Source: an uncultured Clostridia bacterium (lineage in GTDB: Bacteria > Bacillota > Clostridia > Oscillospirales > CAG-272). Taken from it: DNA of 64,000 nt. Position numbers and translations under genes: made by a program. This document shows positions 1-10,463 of this stretch, piece after piece; positions within the stretch are counted from its first letter, which is position 1, and each line of letters opens with the position of its first letter. The stretch spans positions 5,976 to 69,975 of the forward strand of contig CANRFY010000008.1 in NCBI GenBank assembly GCA_947630015.1, in the 5' to 3' direction. The notes below the pieces were generated by a model, which searched no databases, was not told where the DNA came from, and worked only from the letters and a program-made list of their open reading frames with translations.

Positions 1-345
1 CTTGCGATGCGGCGCGCGGTGGCGAAGCTGTCCCCCGCCCCGTCGCTCGTGCTTGTCGACGGAAACGTCGCGCGCGATTTCCCGATGCGCGCCGTGACAG
101 TCGTTCACGGCGACGCGATATCGCCATCGATCGCGGCAGCGTCCGTTTTGGCGAAGGTATACCGCGACAGGCTGATGCTCGAGCTTGACCGCGAATATCC
201 GCAGTACGGATTCGCCAGGCATAAATCGTACTGCACGGCGGAGCATGAGGCCGCGATCCGCAAATACGGGCCTCTGCCGTGTCACAGAAAGACGTTTATG
301 TCGTTTCTCGATCGAAAGCGCAAGGATTCGGGGAAAACGTCATGA
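1..345 (+). CDS. rnhB: Ribonuclease HII, C-terminal part (5' truncated by window edge)
   Basis: LVDGN, GD..S.SIAAASVLAKV.RD, YPQYGF..HK.Y.T..H motifs; followed by yraN as is typical. Confidence 0.93.
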   Translation, partial: LAMRRAVAKLSPAPSLVLVDGNVARDFPMRAVTVVHGDAISPSIAAASVLAKVYRDRLMLELDREYPQYGFARHKSYCTAEHEAAIRKYGPLPCHRKTFMSFLDRKRKDSGKTS

Positions 346-388
346 AAAGATGTATCTATAACGCGCGCCGCGCCGCGCCGAACGAGTC

Positions 389-802
389 ATGAACGGAGAG
401 GCGCGTCATTCACACGACATCGGCGTCGTCGGCGAGCAGATCGCCGCAGAGTTTCTTTCGTCGAAGGATTACGCCGTCATCGCGCGCAATTATCACGCCG
501 GTCACGCCGAGATCGATATAATCGCGATCTCGCCCGACGCCGAGACAGTCGCGTTCTGCGAGGTCAAGACGCGCGCCGAATCCGTCGCGGAAAAATACGG
601 ACGCCCCGCGTCCGCCGTCGGCAAGACGAAGCAGCGGTTTTTGATCCTCGCGGCGCAGGATTATATAAAAAAGCATCAGGACAAATGCGCCGGACGCCGC
701 GTCCGCATCGACGTGATCGAGGTCTATATCCCCGCGCGCGGCGCGGCTAAGGTGCGGCACATACAAAACGCCGTCATCGCGAAAAGCGGCTATAACAGAT
801 AA
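389..802 (+). CDS. yraN: YraN/UPF0102 family putative endonuclease
   Basis: G..GE..A..FL, RNY...EIDII, F.EVKTR, R.DVIEV motifs; rnhB synteny. Confidence 0.9.
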   Translation: MNGEARHSHDIGVVGEQIAAEFLSSKDYAVIARNYHAGHAEIDIIAISPDAETVAFCEVKTRAESVAEKYGRPASAVGKTKQRFLILAAQDYIKKHQDKCAGRRVRIDVIEVYIPARGAAKVRHIQNAVIAKSGYNR

Positions 803-829
803 AAGCGGGAAAGTCGCTTTCCCGCTTTT
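801..829. terminator. Bidirectional intrinsic terminator
   Basis: AAAAGCGGGAAAG-tcg-CTTTCCCGCTTTT between convergent genes. Confidence 0.85.
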
Positions 830-837
830 GTTTGCAG

Positions 838-1053
838 TCAATAAAGCTCGCGCGGCTTGTATGTCGCGCAAAGCGTCTGCGTCGAATTTGACGCGCTGAC
901 GGGACCTACGCGTATGCGGCGCGCGGTGCAGTAGCTGTCGCCGTCGTGATACGCGCAGCTTGCGACGTCGCACACGATCCCGCGTATATGCTGCGGACGG
1001 CCGTCGACGTTCCCGTCGACGTTGAAATATTCGTTTTGTCCGAATAACGCCAT
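838..1053 (-). CDS. DUF1540-type small Cys-rich protein
   Basis: I.CDV..C.YH....C.A..I.VG.......T.CAT pattern; GGGGGTGG RBS. Confidence 0.8.
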   Translation of the reverse strand: MALFGQNEYFNVDGNVDGRPQHIRGIVCDVASCAYHDGDSYCTARRIRVGPVSASNSTQTLCATYKPRELY

Positions 1054-1138
1054 TTTGATTCCACCCCCGATTTATAGTTTACACGTATATTTTTCCCGTT
1101 GACGCCGCGCCGTATTCCCGCGGCGCGGAGGAGACGCG

Positions 1139-1852
1139 ATGTCAGTTTTCGCCATATCTGATCTGCATCTGCCGGGCGCCGGCAAATCGATGGACATTTT
1201 CGGCCCGCGCTGGCAAAATCACGTAAAGCGGCTCGAGGATAACTGGCGCGCCGTCGTCGGCGGCGGCGACACAGTTGTCGTCGGCGGCGACATATCGTGG
1301 GCTCAAACGGAAGCGGAGGCGGTCGGCGATCTTTTGTTCCTCGATTCGCTCCCGGGCGAAAAGCTTTTGCTCGAGGGCAATCACGATTACTGGTGGCACA
1401 CAACAGCGCGGCTCGAATCGCTTTTTGCCGAAAACGGCATAACGACGATGCGCATAATGCGAAATAATGCGTTTGAGCGTGGCGGATTCGCGCTTTGCGG
1501 CACGCGCGGCTGGTTTTCGGACGAGGCCGTCCAGCGACGCGCTTTCGACGCCGATTTCGACAAGCTTATCGCGCGCGAGGCCGGACGACTCGCCGCGTCC
1601 GTCGACGATGCGCTCGCGCTCGTCTGCGGCGACGCAGGACGCGTTCGCGCGTTTCTCCACTTCCCCGCCTCGTTCGGCGGCGCGTCGACCGAGCCGATTT
1701 TGAACGCGCTTTCGTCGCGCGGCGTCGGGATCGTCTATTTCGGCCACATCCACGGCGTCTATTCTTATCCGCCGTCGTATACGGCGGGCGGCGTCGAGCA
1801 TCGTGCCATGGCCGCCGACTATCTGCGGTTCGTTCCGCGTCTGGTCAAATAA
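1139..1852 (+). CDS. Calcineurin-like metallophosphoesterase
   Basis: SDLHL, GDISW, GNHD, GHIHG motifs; GGAGG RBS. Confidence 0.9.
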   Translation: MSVFAISDLHLPGAGKSMDIFGPRWQNHVKRLEDNWRAVVGGGDTVVVGGDISWAQTEAEAVGDLLFLDSLPGEKLLLEGNHDYWWHTTARLESLFAENGITTMRIMRNNAFERGGFALCGTRGWFSDEAVQRRAFDADFDKLIAREAGRLAASVDDALALVCGDAGRVRAFLHFPASFGGASTEPILNALSSRGVGIVYFGHIHGVYSYPPSYTAGGVEHRAMAADYLRFVPRLVK

Positions 1853-1895
1853 GCAAATTTTTCATTAAAAATCAGGCTTATCGCGCCTTTTCCTG

Positions 1896-1924
1896 TTGAC
1901 AAAGGGATTATTTCAATATATAAT
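1896..1924 (+). promoter_or_regulatory. SigA promoter of tig
   Basis: TTGACA-17nt-TATAAT. Confidence 0.75.
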
Positions 1925-1973
1925 ATCAAGGCTGTATCCGTACTTACGTATAAACTTGGAGGATTAACATACA

Positions 1974-3302
1974 ATGGAACTTATCAAAACAGAAAAGCTC
2001 GAACACAGCCGTCACGAGCTGCAATTCAAAATTGCTCACGACGAGTTTGAAGCCGCCTGCTCCCGCGCCTACAATCAGAACAAGGGCAGCATAAATGTTC
2101 CCGGCTTCCGCCGCGGCAAGGCTCCCCGCGCCATCATCGAAAAAATGTACGGCAAGGGCGTTTTCTACGACGACGCGCTCAACGACATAATGCCCGCGAA
2201 TTATGACGCGGCTGTCAAGGAATCCGGCATATCGCCCGTTGCGCAGCCCGAGATCGACATCGTTTCGATCGAGGATGACGGCGTGACAGTAAAAGCTGTC
2301 GTATATGTGACGCCCGAGGTCAAGATCGAAGGCTATCGCGGCATCGAGGCTAAAAAGACGAAGGTTTCCGTCACCGACGACGAAGTCGATCACGAGATAG
2401 ATCATGTCCGCGAGCATAACGCGCGCGAGATCGAGATCACGGATCGTCCCGCCGAAAACGGCGACACTGCCAACATCGATTACGAGGGCTTCTGCGACGG
2501 CGTCGCATTCGACGGCGGCAAGGATACGGGTCACGATCTTAAGCTCGGCTCCGGCAGCTTCATTCCCGGGTTCGAGGAGCAGGTCGCGGGCCATTCTGTC
2601 GGCGACGAATTCGATGTGAACGTCACGTTCCCGACGGAATACCACGCAGAGGATCTCGCCGGCAAAGAGGCAGTGTTCAAGTGCAAGCTCAACGCTATCA
2701 AGCACGACGAGCTTCCCGAGCTTGACGACGAGTTCGCGAAGGACGTCTCCGACTTCGATACGCTCGCCGAATACCGCGAGGATATGAAGAAGAAGATCGC
2801 GGAGCGCAAGGAAAAATCCGCCGACGCCGAGGTCGAGGAGCAGCTCATCGATTATCTCGTTGAGCATATCGACGCCGACATCCCCGATCCGATGTACGAC
2901 ACCGAGGCCGAGAACATCGTGCGCGACTACGATATGCGTCTGCGCAGCCAGGGACTCGATCTCTCCACATATTTGAAATATACGGGTCAGACGCTCGATT
3001 CGATGCGCGAGCAGGTGCGTCCGTCCGCGATACGTCAGGTCAAGACGCGTCTCGTGCTTGCCGAGATCGCAAAGCTCGAGAACATCGAGGTGACGCCCGA
3101 ACAGGTCGAGGCCGAATTCGCCCGCATGGCGGAATCGTATCAGATGGAGGTCGATAAGATAAAGGAGGTCGTCGCGGCCGCCGATATTGAAAGCGATCTG
3201 CGTCTCAAGGCAGCGGTCGATCTTGTTAAATCGGCAGCCGTGATCACGGAGCATGAGCCGGAGGCTCACGAGCATGACCACGATCACGCTCACGAGGACT
3301 GA
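1974..3302 (+). CDS. tig: Trigger factor
   Basis: VPGFRRGKAP ribosome-binding motif, FKBP domain (FIPGFEEQ, FPTEYHAEDLAGK). Confidence 0.98.
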   Translation: MELIKTEKLEHSRHELQFKIAHDEFEAACSRAYNQNKGSINVPGFRRGKAPRAIIEKMYGKGVFYDDALNDIMPANYDAAVKESGISPVAQPEIDIVSIEDDGVTVKAVVYVTPEVKIEGYRGIEAKKTKVSVTDDEVDHEIDHVREHNAREIEITDRPAENGDTANIDYEGFCDGVAFDGGKDTGHDLKLGSGSFIPGFEEQVAGHSVGDEFDVNVTFPTEYHAEDLAGKEAVFKCKLNAIKHDELPELDDEFAKDVSDFDTLAEYREDMKKKIAERKEKSADAEVEEQLIDYLVEHIDADIPDPMYDTEAENIVRDYDMRLRSQGLDLSTYLKYTGQTLDSMREQVRPSAIRQVKTRLVLAEIAKLENIEVTPEQVEAEFARMAESYQMEVDKIKEVVAAADIESDLRLKAAVDLVKSAAVITEHEPEAHEHDHDHAHED

Positions 3303-3328
3303 TCGGCGGTGCAAGCGAATCAATAATT

Positions 3329-3360
3329 CGACCGCCGCCGACATGGCGGCGGTCGTCTTT
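3329..3360 (+). terminator. Hairpin/terminator after tig
   Basis: CGACCGCCGCC-gacat-GGCGGCGGTCG followed by TCTTT. Confidence 0.65.
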
Positions 3361-3474
3361 GATAAAAAAGTTCACTCGTTTATATATAACCGCGCCGAAC
3401 GCGGTATATAATAATACGGTGCCGCGCCCGCGGCGCCGCCAAACATATTAAATTATATAATCGGAGGTCATAAA

Positions 3475-4059
3475 ATGCCACTCGTTCCAACAGTTATCGA
3501 ACAGACGAACCGCGGTGAGCGCGCCTATGATATTTATTCGCGTCTGCTCAACGACAGAATCGTATTCCTCGCCGACGAGGTCAACGACGTCACGGCGTCG
3601 CTCGTCGTAGCGCAGCTCCTCTTCCTCGAGGCGCAGGACCCTGACAAGGACATCGCGCTTTATATCAACTCCCCCGGCGGCTCCGTATCTGCGGGCTTTG
3701 CAATTTACGATACGATGAATTTCATCAAATGCGACGTGTCGACGATCTGCGTCGGCATGGCGGCGAGCATGGGCGCGTTCCTGCTCTCGTCCGGCGCGAA
3801 GGGAAAGCGCATCGCGCTCCCCAACAGCGAGATCATGATCCATCAGCCGCTCGGCGGTATGCAGGGTCAGGCGTCCGACATCAAAATCCACGCCGATCAC
3901 ATTTTAAAAACGCGCGAGCGTCTGAACACGATCCTTGCGGCCAACACGGGCAAGGATCTGGCGACGATCGCGGCCGCGACCGAGCGCGACAATTTCCTGT
4001 CGGCTGAAGAAGCGATGCAGTTCGGTCTCATCGATAAAGTTTACGACAAGCGCGTCTGA
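3475..4059 (+). CDS. clpP: ATP-dependent Clp protease proteolytic subunit
   Basis: [29 protein letters not shown]. Confidence 0.99.
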   Translation: MPLVPTVIEQTNRGERAYDIYSRLLNDRIVFLADEVNDVTASLVVAQLLFLEAQDPDKDIALYINSPGGSVSAGFAIYDTMNFIKCDVSTICVGMAASMGAFLLSSGAKGKRIALPNSEIMIHQPLGGMQGQASDIKIHADHILKTRERLNTILAANTGKDLATIAAATERDNFLSAEEAMQFGLIDKVYDKRV

Positions 4060-4071
4060 CGGGGATACGGA

Positions 4072-5334
4072 ATGCCACAGAAAAGCGATAACAGTTCGCG
4101 TCCGACGCGCAGATGCGCGTTCTGCGGACGCACAGAGCATCAGGTGCTGTACCTCATCCCATCCCCGACCGGCATCTACATCTGCGACAACTGCGTAGAG
4201 GTCTGCAACGACATAATCGACGAGCATATGAGCAAGAGCGCGCCGTCCGGCGCGGGATTATCGCTCGAAACGCTGCCTAAACCGCAGCAGATCAAGGCGA
4301 CGCTCGACGAATACGTGATCGGTCAGGACGCGGCGAAGCGCACGCTGTCCGTCGCCGTTTACAATCACTACAAGCGCATTCTCAACCGCGAGTCGAAGTC
4401 GTCGCGCGGCGACGACGATTACGTCGAGATTCAGAAGTCGAACGTGCTTCTTCTCGGTCCGACCGGCGTCGGCAAGACGTATCTTGCGCAGACGCTCGCA
4501 AAAACGCTCGAGGTTCCGTTCGCCATCGCAGACGCGACGACGCTGACCGAGGCGGGTTATGTCGGCGAGGATGTCGAAAACATCCTGCTCCGGCTCATAC
4601 AGGCGGCCGATTACGACGTCGAGCGGGCGGAACACGGCATAATCTACATCGACGAGATCGACAAAATATCGCGTCGGAGCGAGAACAGATCGATCACGCG
4701 CGACGTATCGGGCGAGGGCGTTCAGCAGGCGCTTTTAAAGATACTCGAAGGCACCGTATCGAACGTACCGCCGCAGGGCGGGCGCAAGCATCCGAATCAG
4801 GAGTTCATCGAGATCAACACCGAAAACATCCTCTTCATCTGCGGCGGCGCGTTCGACGGCTTATCCGATATAATCGAGCGCAGGCTCGGAGCCGGCACAA
4901 TCGGCTTTGACGGCGAGGTAAAAAGTAAAAAGGATAAGCACGACATCGGCGTATTCCGCGAGGTGACGCCGCACGACATCGTCAAATACGGATTGATTCC
5001 CGAGCTTGTCGGGCGTCTGCCCGTCATGGTATCGCTCGACGCGCTCGACGAAGCAGCGCTCGTGCGGATTCTCTCCGAGCCGAAAAACTGCCTCACAAAG
5101 CAGTATGCTAAACTGCTCGAGCTTGACGGGATCGAGCTTAAATTCGAGGACGGCGCGCTCCGCGCGGCCGCGTCGCTTGCGCTCGAACGCAATATCGGCG
5201 CGCGCGGTCTGCGCTCCATTCTCGAATCCGTGATGGAGCCGATCATGTACGACGCGCCGTCTAAAAGCGGCATCCGCTCCGTCACCGTGACCGAGGACGT
5301 TATGCGCGGCGCCGCCGACGCTATATATGCGTAG
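4072..5334 (+). CDS. clpX: Clp protease ATP-binding subunit
   Basis: C4 zinc finger, GPTGVGKT Walker A, IDEIDK, IGF loop, GARGLRSI. Confidence 0.99.
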   Translation: MPQKSDNSSRPTRRCAFCGRTEHQVLYLIPSPTGIYICDNCVEVCNDIIDEHMSKSAPSGAGLSLETLPKPQQIKATLDEYVIGQDAAKRTLSVAVYNHYKRILNRESKSSRGDDDYVEIQKSNVLLLGPTGVGKTYLAQTLAKTLEVPFAIADATTLTEAGYVGEDVENILLRLIQAADYDVERAEHGIIYIDEIDKISRRSENRSITRDVSGEGVQQALLKILEGTVSNVPPQGGRKHPNQEFIEINTENILFICGGAFDGLSDIIERRLGAGTIGFDGEVKSKKDKHDIGVFREVTPHDIVKYGLIPELVGRLPVMVSLDALDEAALVRILSEPKNCLTKQYAKLLELDGIELKFEDGALRAAASLALERNIGARGLRSILESVMEPIMYDAPSKSGIRSVTVTEDVMRGAADAIYA

Positions 5335-5344
5335 ATTTATTATA

Positions 5345-5585
5345 TTCGGGGCGCTGCCCCGAACCCCGCTTAAGGAAACTTTTTGAAAAAAGTTTCCTTA
5401 AGAATCTTTCAAAAACTTTTATTACAGGTGTTATGGGGCGAATGTGTCAGACTCTGCGCTGCGCGTTCGTGCGATCGCGAAGTAGTCGCGCGGAGCGCGA
5501 ACACCGATGGTTTAGAGCGAATGTGTCAGACTCTGCGCTGCGCGTTCGTGCGATGACGAAGTAGTCGCGCGGGACGCGGACACCG
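5345..5585 (+). repeat. Intergenic palindromic repeat family, copy 1 (module A plus two module B)
   Basis: TTCGGGGCGCTGCCCCGAACCCCG-CTTAAG palindrome, then twice GTGTC..CTCTGC..CGAAGTAGTCGCGCG..ACACCG. Confidence 0.92.
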
Positions 5586-5622
5586 ATTTTGCGGGTTTAT
5601 GCGAGGGCGATGCAGTCAAAGC

Positions 5623-5659
5623 AAAAAATGAGCGGAAGCGTTTGCTTCCGCTCATTTTT
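5623..5659. terminator. Bidirectional terminator clpX/potD
   Basis: AAAAATGAGCGGAAGC-gttt-GCTTCCGCTCATTTTT. Confidence 0.85.
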
Positions 5660-6884
5660 AATACCAGCGCGCGCGGCGCTTTTTTACTATGACGACCGCC
5701 GCGACAGCAGCCGCGATCGATACTGCGAGCAGACCCGCGACGACATAGACGTGAGTCGGCATACCGCCCGTGATCTTCAATTCCTCCCAGAGCGAATTTA
5801 TCATCTCAAGCGTTCCCTCGTCGAGATTGCGGTACGCGTATGTGTTCAATTCCTCGGCGAAGTTGAAGCCCTCGGGATAAAGTATCTCCATCGCCTCCGG
5901 CCCCATGTCCTCGATATAGCCCTCATCCTCGAATACGAGCGAATTCGGCGACGCGTAATATATATATTCCGCGTTCGCTATCGCGATCTCGGGCGAAAGC
6001 ATGAAATTGATGAACAGCGCCGCAGTTTCGGGGTTCTGGCTCCCCTTCGGGATGCACATCGCGTCCACGAACACGTTCGTCCGCTCGGGATAATAGAAGC
6101 CGAGGTCCTCGTTGATATCGAGCATCGTGAAGTAGTCGCCGGCGTAATATGCGGCGACGGCGGCCTCGCCAGATTCCATCTTATTATATATCTCGTCCAT
6201 GACGTAGCTCTGGATGAGCGATTTCTGTTCGAGCAGTTTTTCCTGCGCCGACACCCAGTCGGCGCGTTCGGTCGAGTTGACGTCGAGTCCGAGCATATAC
6301 TGTACTGTCGCGAAGCCGTCGCGGGAATTGTTGAACTGCAATATCTTCCCCGCGTATTTTTCGTTCCACATAAGCTCCCAGCCGCCGATATCGGCCTCAT
6401 CCACCATCGTCGTGTTGTATATCACGCCGATGCGGCCGTAAGTATACGGCACCGAATAGATGTCGTCGGGATCGTAGAACAGTCCGCGGTAGTCCTCGCC
6501 GATATAGTCGTAATAGCATTCTGCGCCGTATTTTTCGCAGACGGCCTCGAGATTGATCGGAGCGAGCAGATCTTCCTTTATCATACGCTCGATCATATAA
6601 TCGGAGGGGACGATGACGTCGTAATTCGACGTGCCGCTGCTTATCTTGGCGTACATATCCTCATTTGACGGATACGTCGTATAATGGACCTTCATACGCT
6701 TCCCCGTCAGCTCTTCATAGTACGCCTCGAACTCCTTTGTGACGTTCAGCGAATCCTCGCTGCCGTCGGAGATGTACTCGCCCCAGTTATAGACGTAGAG
6801 ATGCTCCGTTTCCCCGCCCGAGCAGGAGAACATCCAGAGCGCCGCGAAGACAAGGATCAGTGCGAAAACGATGTATTTTCTCAT
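5658..6884 (-). CDS. potD: Spermidine/putrescine ABC transporter substrate-binding protein
   Basis: YNWGEYI, SNEDMYAK, PSDYMI, YSVPYTYG; lipobox-like FSC and a C-terminal TM anchor. Confidence 0.95.
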   Translation of the reverse strand: MRKYIVFALILVFAALWMFSCSGGETEHLYVYNWGEYISDGSEDSLNVTKEFEAYYEELTGKRMKVHYTTYPSNEDMYAKISSGTSNYDVIVPSDYMIERMIKEDLLAPINLEAVCEKYGAECYYDYIGEDYRGLFYDPDDIYSVPYTYGRIGVIYNTTMVDEADIGGWELMWNEKYAGKILQFNNSRDGFATVQYMLGLDVNSTERADWVSAQEKLLEQKSLIQSYVMDEIYNKMESGEAAVAAYYAGDYFTMLDINEDLGFYYPERTNVFVDAMCIPKGSQNPETAALFINFMLSPEIAIANAEYIYYASPNSLVFEDEGYIEDMGPEAMEILYPEGFNFAEELNTYAYRNLDEGTLEMINSLWEELKITGGMPTHVYVVAGLLAVSIAAAVAAVVIVKKRRARWY

Positions 6885-7747
6885 TTCGCCACGCCCCCTT
6901 CCTTGCCGCGCATGAGGAACATACGGCGTTTTTTATCGGCGCCGTCCTTCTTCTTCTTTTTCGGCTCGCCGGAGCTGTCGCTTGCGTTTGATATGACGAG
7001 CAGCAGAAGCACCGCCGCGAAGATGAGCGTCGACAGCGCGTAGATATCGGGCTTGACGCTTTTCTTTATCATCGAGTAGATGTGGATCGTCAGCGTTTCA
7101 TAGCTCGATCCGCTCGTGAAATTGCTTATGACGAAATCGTCGAACGACAGCGTGAACGCCATTATGAGTCCCGTCACGACGCCCGGCATTATGAACGGAA
7201 GCTCGACCTTGAAAAACGACTGCCACGGCGTGCATCCGAGATCAAGCGCTGCCTCAGGGATATTCTTGTCCATCTGCTTCAGCTTCGGCAGCACGGACAG
7301 TATCACATACGGCAGATTGAACGTGACGTGCGCGATCAGAAGCGTCCAGAACGAGAGATACGATTCGAGTCCGAGCAGCGTGCCGACGAAGACGAACACA
7401 AGCATGAGCGAAATACCGGTTACGATATCGGGGTTCATCATCGGTATGTTCGTCACCGACATGACGGCGCCGCGCAGAAAGCGGTTCCTCATCCTGTCGA
7501 TGCCGACGGCGGCAAGCGTGCCTATGACCGTCGATGCGATCGCGGACGAAACCGACAGCACGAGCGTGTTTTTGAGCGCCTCGAGCGTCGCAGAATCGCG
7601 GAACATCTCGCGGTACCAGCGGAGCGAAAAGCCGAGGAATTCCGTCGTCGACTCGCCCGAGTTGAACGAGATGAGTATCATCACCGCTATCGGCGAATAA
7701 AGGAAAATGAATACGAGGATGAGATAAAGTCTGGAGAGCGTTTTCAT
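6881..7747 (-). CDS. potC: Spermidine/putrescine ABC permease
   Basis: FLY.PI..., EAALDLG, FTLSFDDFVIS. Confidence 0.95.
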   Translation of the reverse strand: MKTLSRLYLILVFIFLYSPIAVMILISFNSGESTTEFLGFSLRWYREMFRDSATLEALKNTLVLSVSSAIASTVIGTLAAVGIDRMRNRFLRGAVMSVTNIPMMNPDIVTGISLMLVFVFVGTLLGLESYLSFWTLLIAHVTFNLPYVILSVLPKLKQMDKNIPEAALDLGCTPWQSFFKVELPFIMPGVVTGLIMAFTLSFDDFVISNFTSGSSYETLTIHIYSMIKKSVKPDIYALSTLIFAAVLLLLVISNASDSSGEPKKKKKDGADKKRRMFLMRGKEGGVAK

Positions 7748-8589
7748 TTGATGCGTCTGCCTCCTTCATCCTCTGCGTCGGAATAGTGGTTCATGACCGC
7801 CATCGACAGAAGTATCAGTATCATGAGGACGAGCGAGAGCGCCGCGCCGAAGTGATAGTTGATCGCGGTGCCGACGAAATAGCTCTCGATCGTATCGCCA
7901 ATGAGCTGGAATGTGCCGCCGCCGAGCTTTTGGGAAATATAGAACGTCGAGATCGACGGCACGAACACCATCGTTATGCCGGATACGACGCCCGAGAGCG
8001 ACATCGGCATGACGACGCGCGTCATGACGTGCCAGCCGCTGCATCCGAGATCGGCCGCGGCCTCGAGCAGCTTCGGATCGATGCCGGACATGACGGTGTA
8101 TATCGGCAGTATCATATACGGCAGATAGCAGAACACCATACCGACGACGACGGCGGCCGGCGTATTGATCATATGAACGGGATCGAGTCCGACGGCCTTG
8201 AACATCGAATTGATGATGCCGGTGTCCTCGAGTATCGTCATCCACGAATACGTCGTGATGAGGAAGTTCATCCACAGCGGGATCATGATGAGCAGCACCA
8301 TCACGCGCTGCCACTTTTCGCGCATACGCGAGAAAATGAACGCGAGCGGATACGCGATCACAAGGCAGATCACAGTCGAGATCAGCGCGAGGCAGAGCGA
8401 ATTGACGAAGATCAATACATAGTTCGACGTGAACAGGCGCTCGATATTTTCGGTCGTGAACGCCCCGTCAAGATCGGTGAACGAATAGTAAACGACGAAG
8501 ATAAGCGGAGCGATTATGAACAGCACGCTCCATACGATATGGGGAGCAGCGGCTGCGCGCTGCATAAAACTGCGCTTCATTTTATTCAT
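7744..8589 (-). CDS. potB: Spermidine/putrescine ABC permease (start 8589 or 8580)
   Basis: [22 protein letters not shown]. Confidence 0.93.
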   Translation of the reverse strand: MNKMKRSFMQRAAAAPHIVWSVLFIIAPLIFVVYYSFTDLDGAFTTENIERLFTSNYVLIFVNSLCLALISTVICLVIAYPLAFIFSRMREKWQRVMVLLIMIPLWMNFLITTYSWMTILEDTGIINSMFKAVGLDPVHMINTPAAVVVGMVFCYLPYMILPIYTVMSGIDPKLLEAAADLGCSGWHVMTRVVMPMSLSGVVSGITMVFVPSISTFYISQKLGGGTFQLIGDTIESYFVGTAINYHFGAALSLVLMILILLSMAVMNHYSDAEDEGGRRIK

Positions 8590-9706
8590 CGACCTCCGCG
8601 TCAACCTCGGAGAGCTGTTCGAGTTCGTCTGAGAACGACGAGTAATCGCCGAACATATCCGAATATTCGGATTTCTTCATTATATGGATGGCGTCGGGTT
8701 CGATATAGGCGCCGATAACGGCGTCTGGCGCGACGTAATCCGTCGTCTGGATCATCCATTTGAAGCCGTCGATGTCGACGATGACCTCGTAATGGACGCC
8801 CTTGAACGTCACGGACGTGACCTTGCCGGTGAGCATACCCTTGTCCGCGTCGACGACGTCGACGTCCTCGGGACGCACGACGACGTCCACGGGTTCGTTT
8901 TTGTCAAAGCCGGAATCGACGCAGTCGAACGTATGACCGGCGAATTTCACGCGCTTGTCCTCGAGCATTACGCCGTCGATGATGTTCGACTCGCCGATGA
9001 AATCGGCGACGTATGCGTTGGACGGCTCGTTGTATATATCGATCGGAGTGCCGACCTGCATGATGGAACCCTCGTTCATTACGACGACGGTATCCGACAT
9101 GGAAAGCGCCTCCTCCTGATCGTGAGTGACATAGATGAACGTGATGCCGGTGCGCTTCTGCATATTCTTCAGCTCGTTCTGCATATCCTTGCGCAGCTTC
9201 AGATCGAGCGCGCCGAGCGGCTCGTCGAGCAGCAGTACGCGCGGATTATTGATGAGCGCGCGCGCGATCGCGACTCGCTGCTGCTGTCCGCCTGAAAGCG
9301 TCGCGACGCGGCGGCGTTCAAAGCCGCGCAGATTGACCATTTCGAGCATTTCCTTGACGCGGCGGGATATCTCATCCTCCGGCGTATGCGTCACGCGCAG
9401 TCCGAACGCGATATTCTCATATACGTTCAGGTGCGGGAAAAGCGCATATTTCTGAAACACCGTATTGATGTGGCGTTTATACGGCGGGGTATCGTTGATC
9501 TTTTTCCCGTCGAAATACACCTCGCCTTCATCGGGCGTTTCAAATCCGCCTATGATGCGGAGCGTCGTCGTCTTTCCGCAGCCCGACGGCCCGAGCAGCG
9601 TTATGAACTCGTCCTCGTATATGTCGAGCGAGATCCCGTCGAGTACGACGTCGCCGTCAAACGACTTCTTAATGCCGCGCAGTTCAATAATCTTCTTTCC
9701 GTTCAT
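8582..9706 (-). CDS. potA: Spermidine/putrescine ABC ATPase
   Basis: [31 protein letters not shown]-terminus. Confidence 0.97.
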   Translation of the reverse strand: MNGKKIIELRGIKKSFDGDVVLDGISLDIYEDEFITLLGPSGCGKTTTLRIIGGFETPDEGEVYFDGKKINDTPPYKRHINTVFQKYALFPHLNVYENIAFGLRVTHTPEDEISRRVKEMLEMVNLRGFERRRVATLSGGQQQRVAIARALINNPRVLLLDEPLGALDLKLRKDMQNELKNMQKRTGITFIYVTHDQEEALSMSDTVVVMNEGSIMQVGTPIDIYNEPSNAYVADFIGESNIIDGVMLEDKRVKFAGHTFDCVDSGFDKNEPVDVVVRPEDVDVVDADKGMLTGKVTSVTFKGVHYEVIVDIDGFKWMIQTTDYVAPDAVIGAYIEPDAIHIMKKSEYSDMFGDYSSFSDELEQLSEVDAEVDE

Positions 9707-9710
9707 CTCT

Positions 9711-9749
9711 TTAGTCTGTCACCCGTGATTTCTTCCGGCGTGTTGCCAC
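9711..9749 (-). other. Putative 12-aa leader u[15 protein letters not shown]
   Basis: GAAAGGGGAG RBS 8 nt before GTG; TAA 4 nt before the potA ATG. Confidence 0.5.
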
Positions 9750-9877
9750 GCCGAAAACTCCCCTTTCGTTGTTTTGTGCGTCAGCATCGGACGCAATGCG
9801 CCGCATAAAAAAATCCCCCCGAAACAAGACCGCACGCAATTACCTTACAGCAGCCCGTTCCCGGGCGGTTTTTTTAT

Positions 9878-9936
9878 TTTCAGCTTTAGCATATTGTATC
9901 AGATATATATTTGCTATGCAATAGCTAAAGCTAAAA
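9878..9936 (-). promoter_or_regulatory. pot operon SigA promoter flanked by a 13-bp inverted repeat
   Basis: TTGCAT-17-TACAAT on the minus strand; TTTCAGCTTTAGC...GCTAAAGCTAAAA arms. Confidence 0.65.
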
Positions 9937-9983
9937 AAATTCGACATTTTTTTCGGGTTTTTCGGTGCATCCTGCACACGTCG

Positions 9984-10463
9984 TCAGCGCGTATACGTCC
10001 GCGCGACGATAAGCGCCGTCGCAAAAACGAGCGGCATCGCGCCGCCCCTGCCCGTCAGGCACATATACATCGACGACGTCCATAAAAGCGCCGTTGCGGC
10101 GTCAGACGCGGCGCGCGCGATCCGCCACGACAGATACGGATCGTCCGTGAGCCATGATGCGATCGATTCGAGCGCGCGTTCGCCGTCCGAGGTCGGCAGC
10201 GGGAGCAGATTGAATATCGCAGCCCCCAAGCAGTACGCGCCAAGCTCGCCGCGAAAAATGAGCGCCGAGACGAGATTCGCCGCGGCGCCTCCGAGATAGA
10301 CGAGCGCCGCGCGCGGATATGAGCCTGCCGCGTCGGCGTCGATATAAAATCCGCCGGCTCGCGCGCGCATCCCGCGCACGCGGACTCCGACGAAAAACGC
10401 CGCCGCGATATGGCCGAGTTCGTGTATCATAATCGCCGCGGCAAGCAGCAAGAACTGTCTCAA
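9984..10463 (-). CDS. Site-2 protease (M50), SpoIVFB-like, short
   Basis: HELGH zinc motif and FNLLP...DG motif. Confidence 0.8.
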   Translation of the reverse strand: MRQFLLLAAAIMIHELGHIAAAFFVGVRVRGMRARAGGFYIDADAAGSYPRAALVYLGGAAANLVSALIFRGELGAYCLGAAIFNLLPLPTSDGERALESIASWLTDDPYLSWRIARAASDAATALLWTSSMYMCLTGRGGAMPLVFATALIVARTYTR

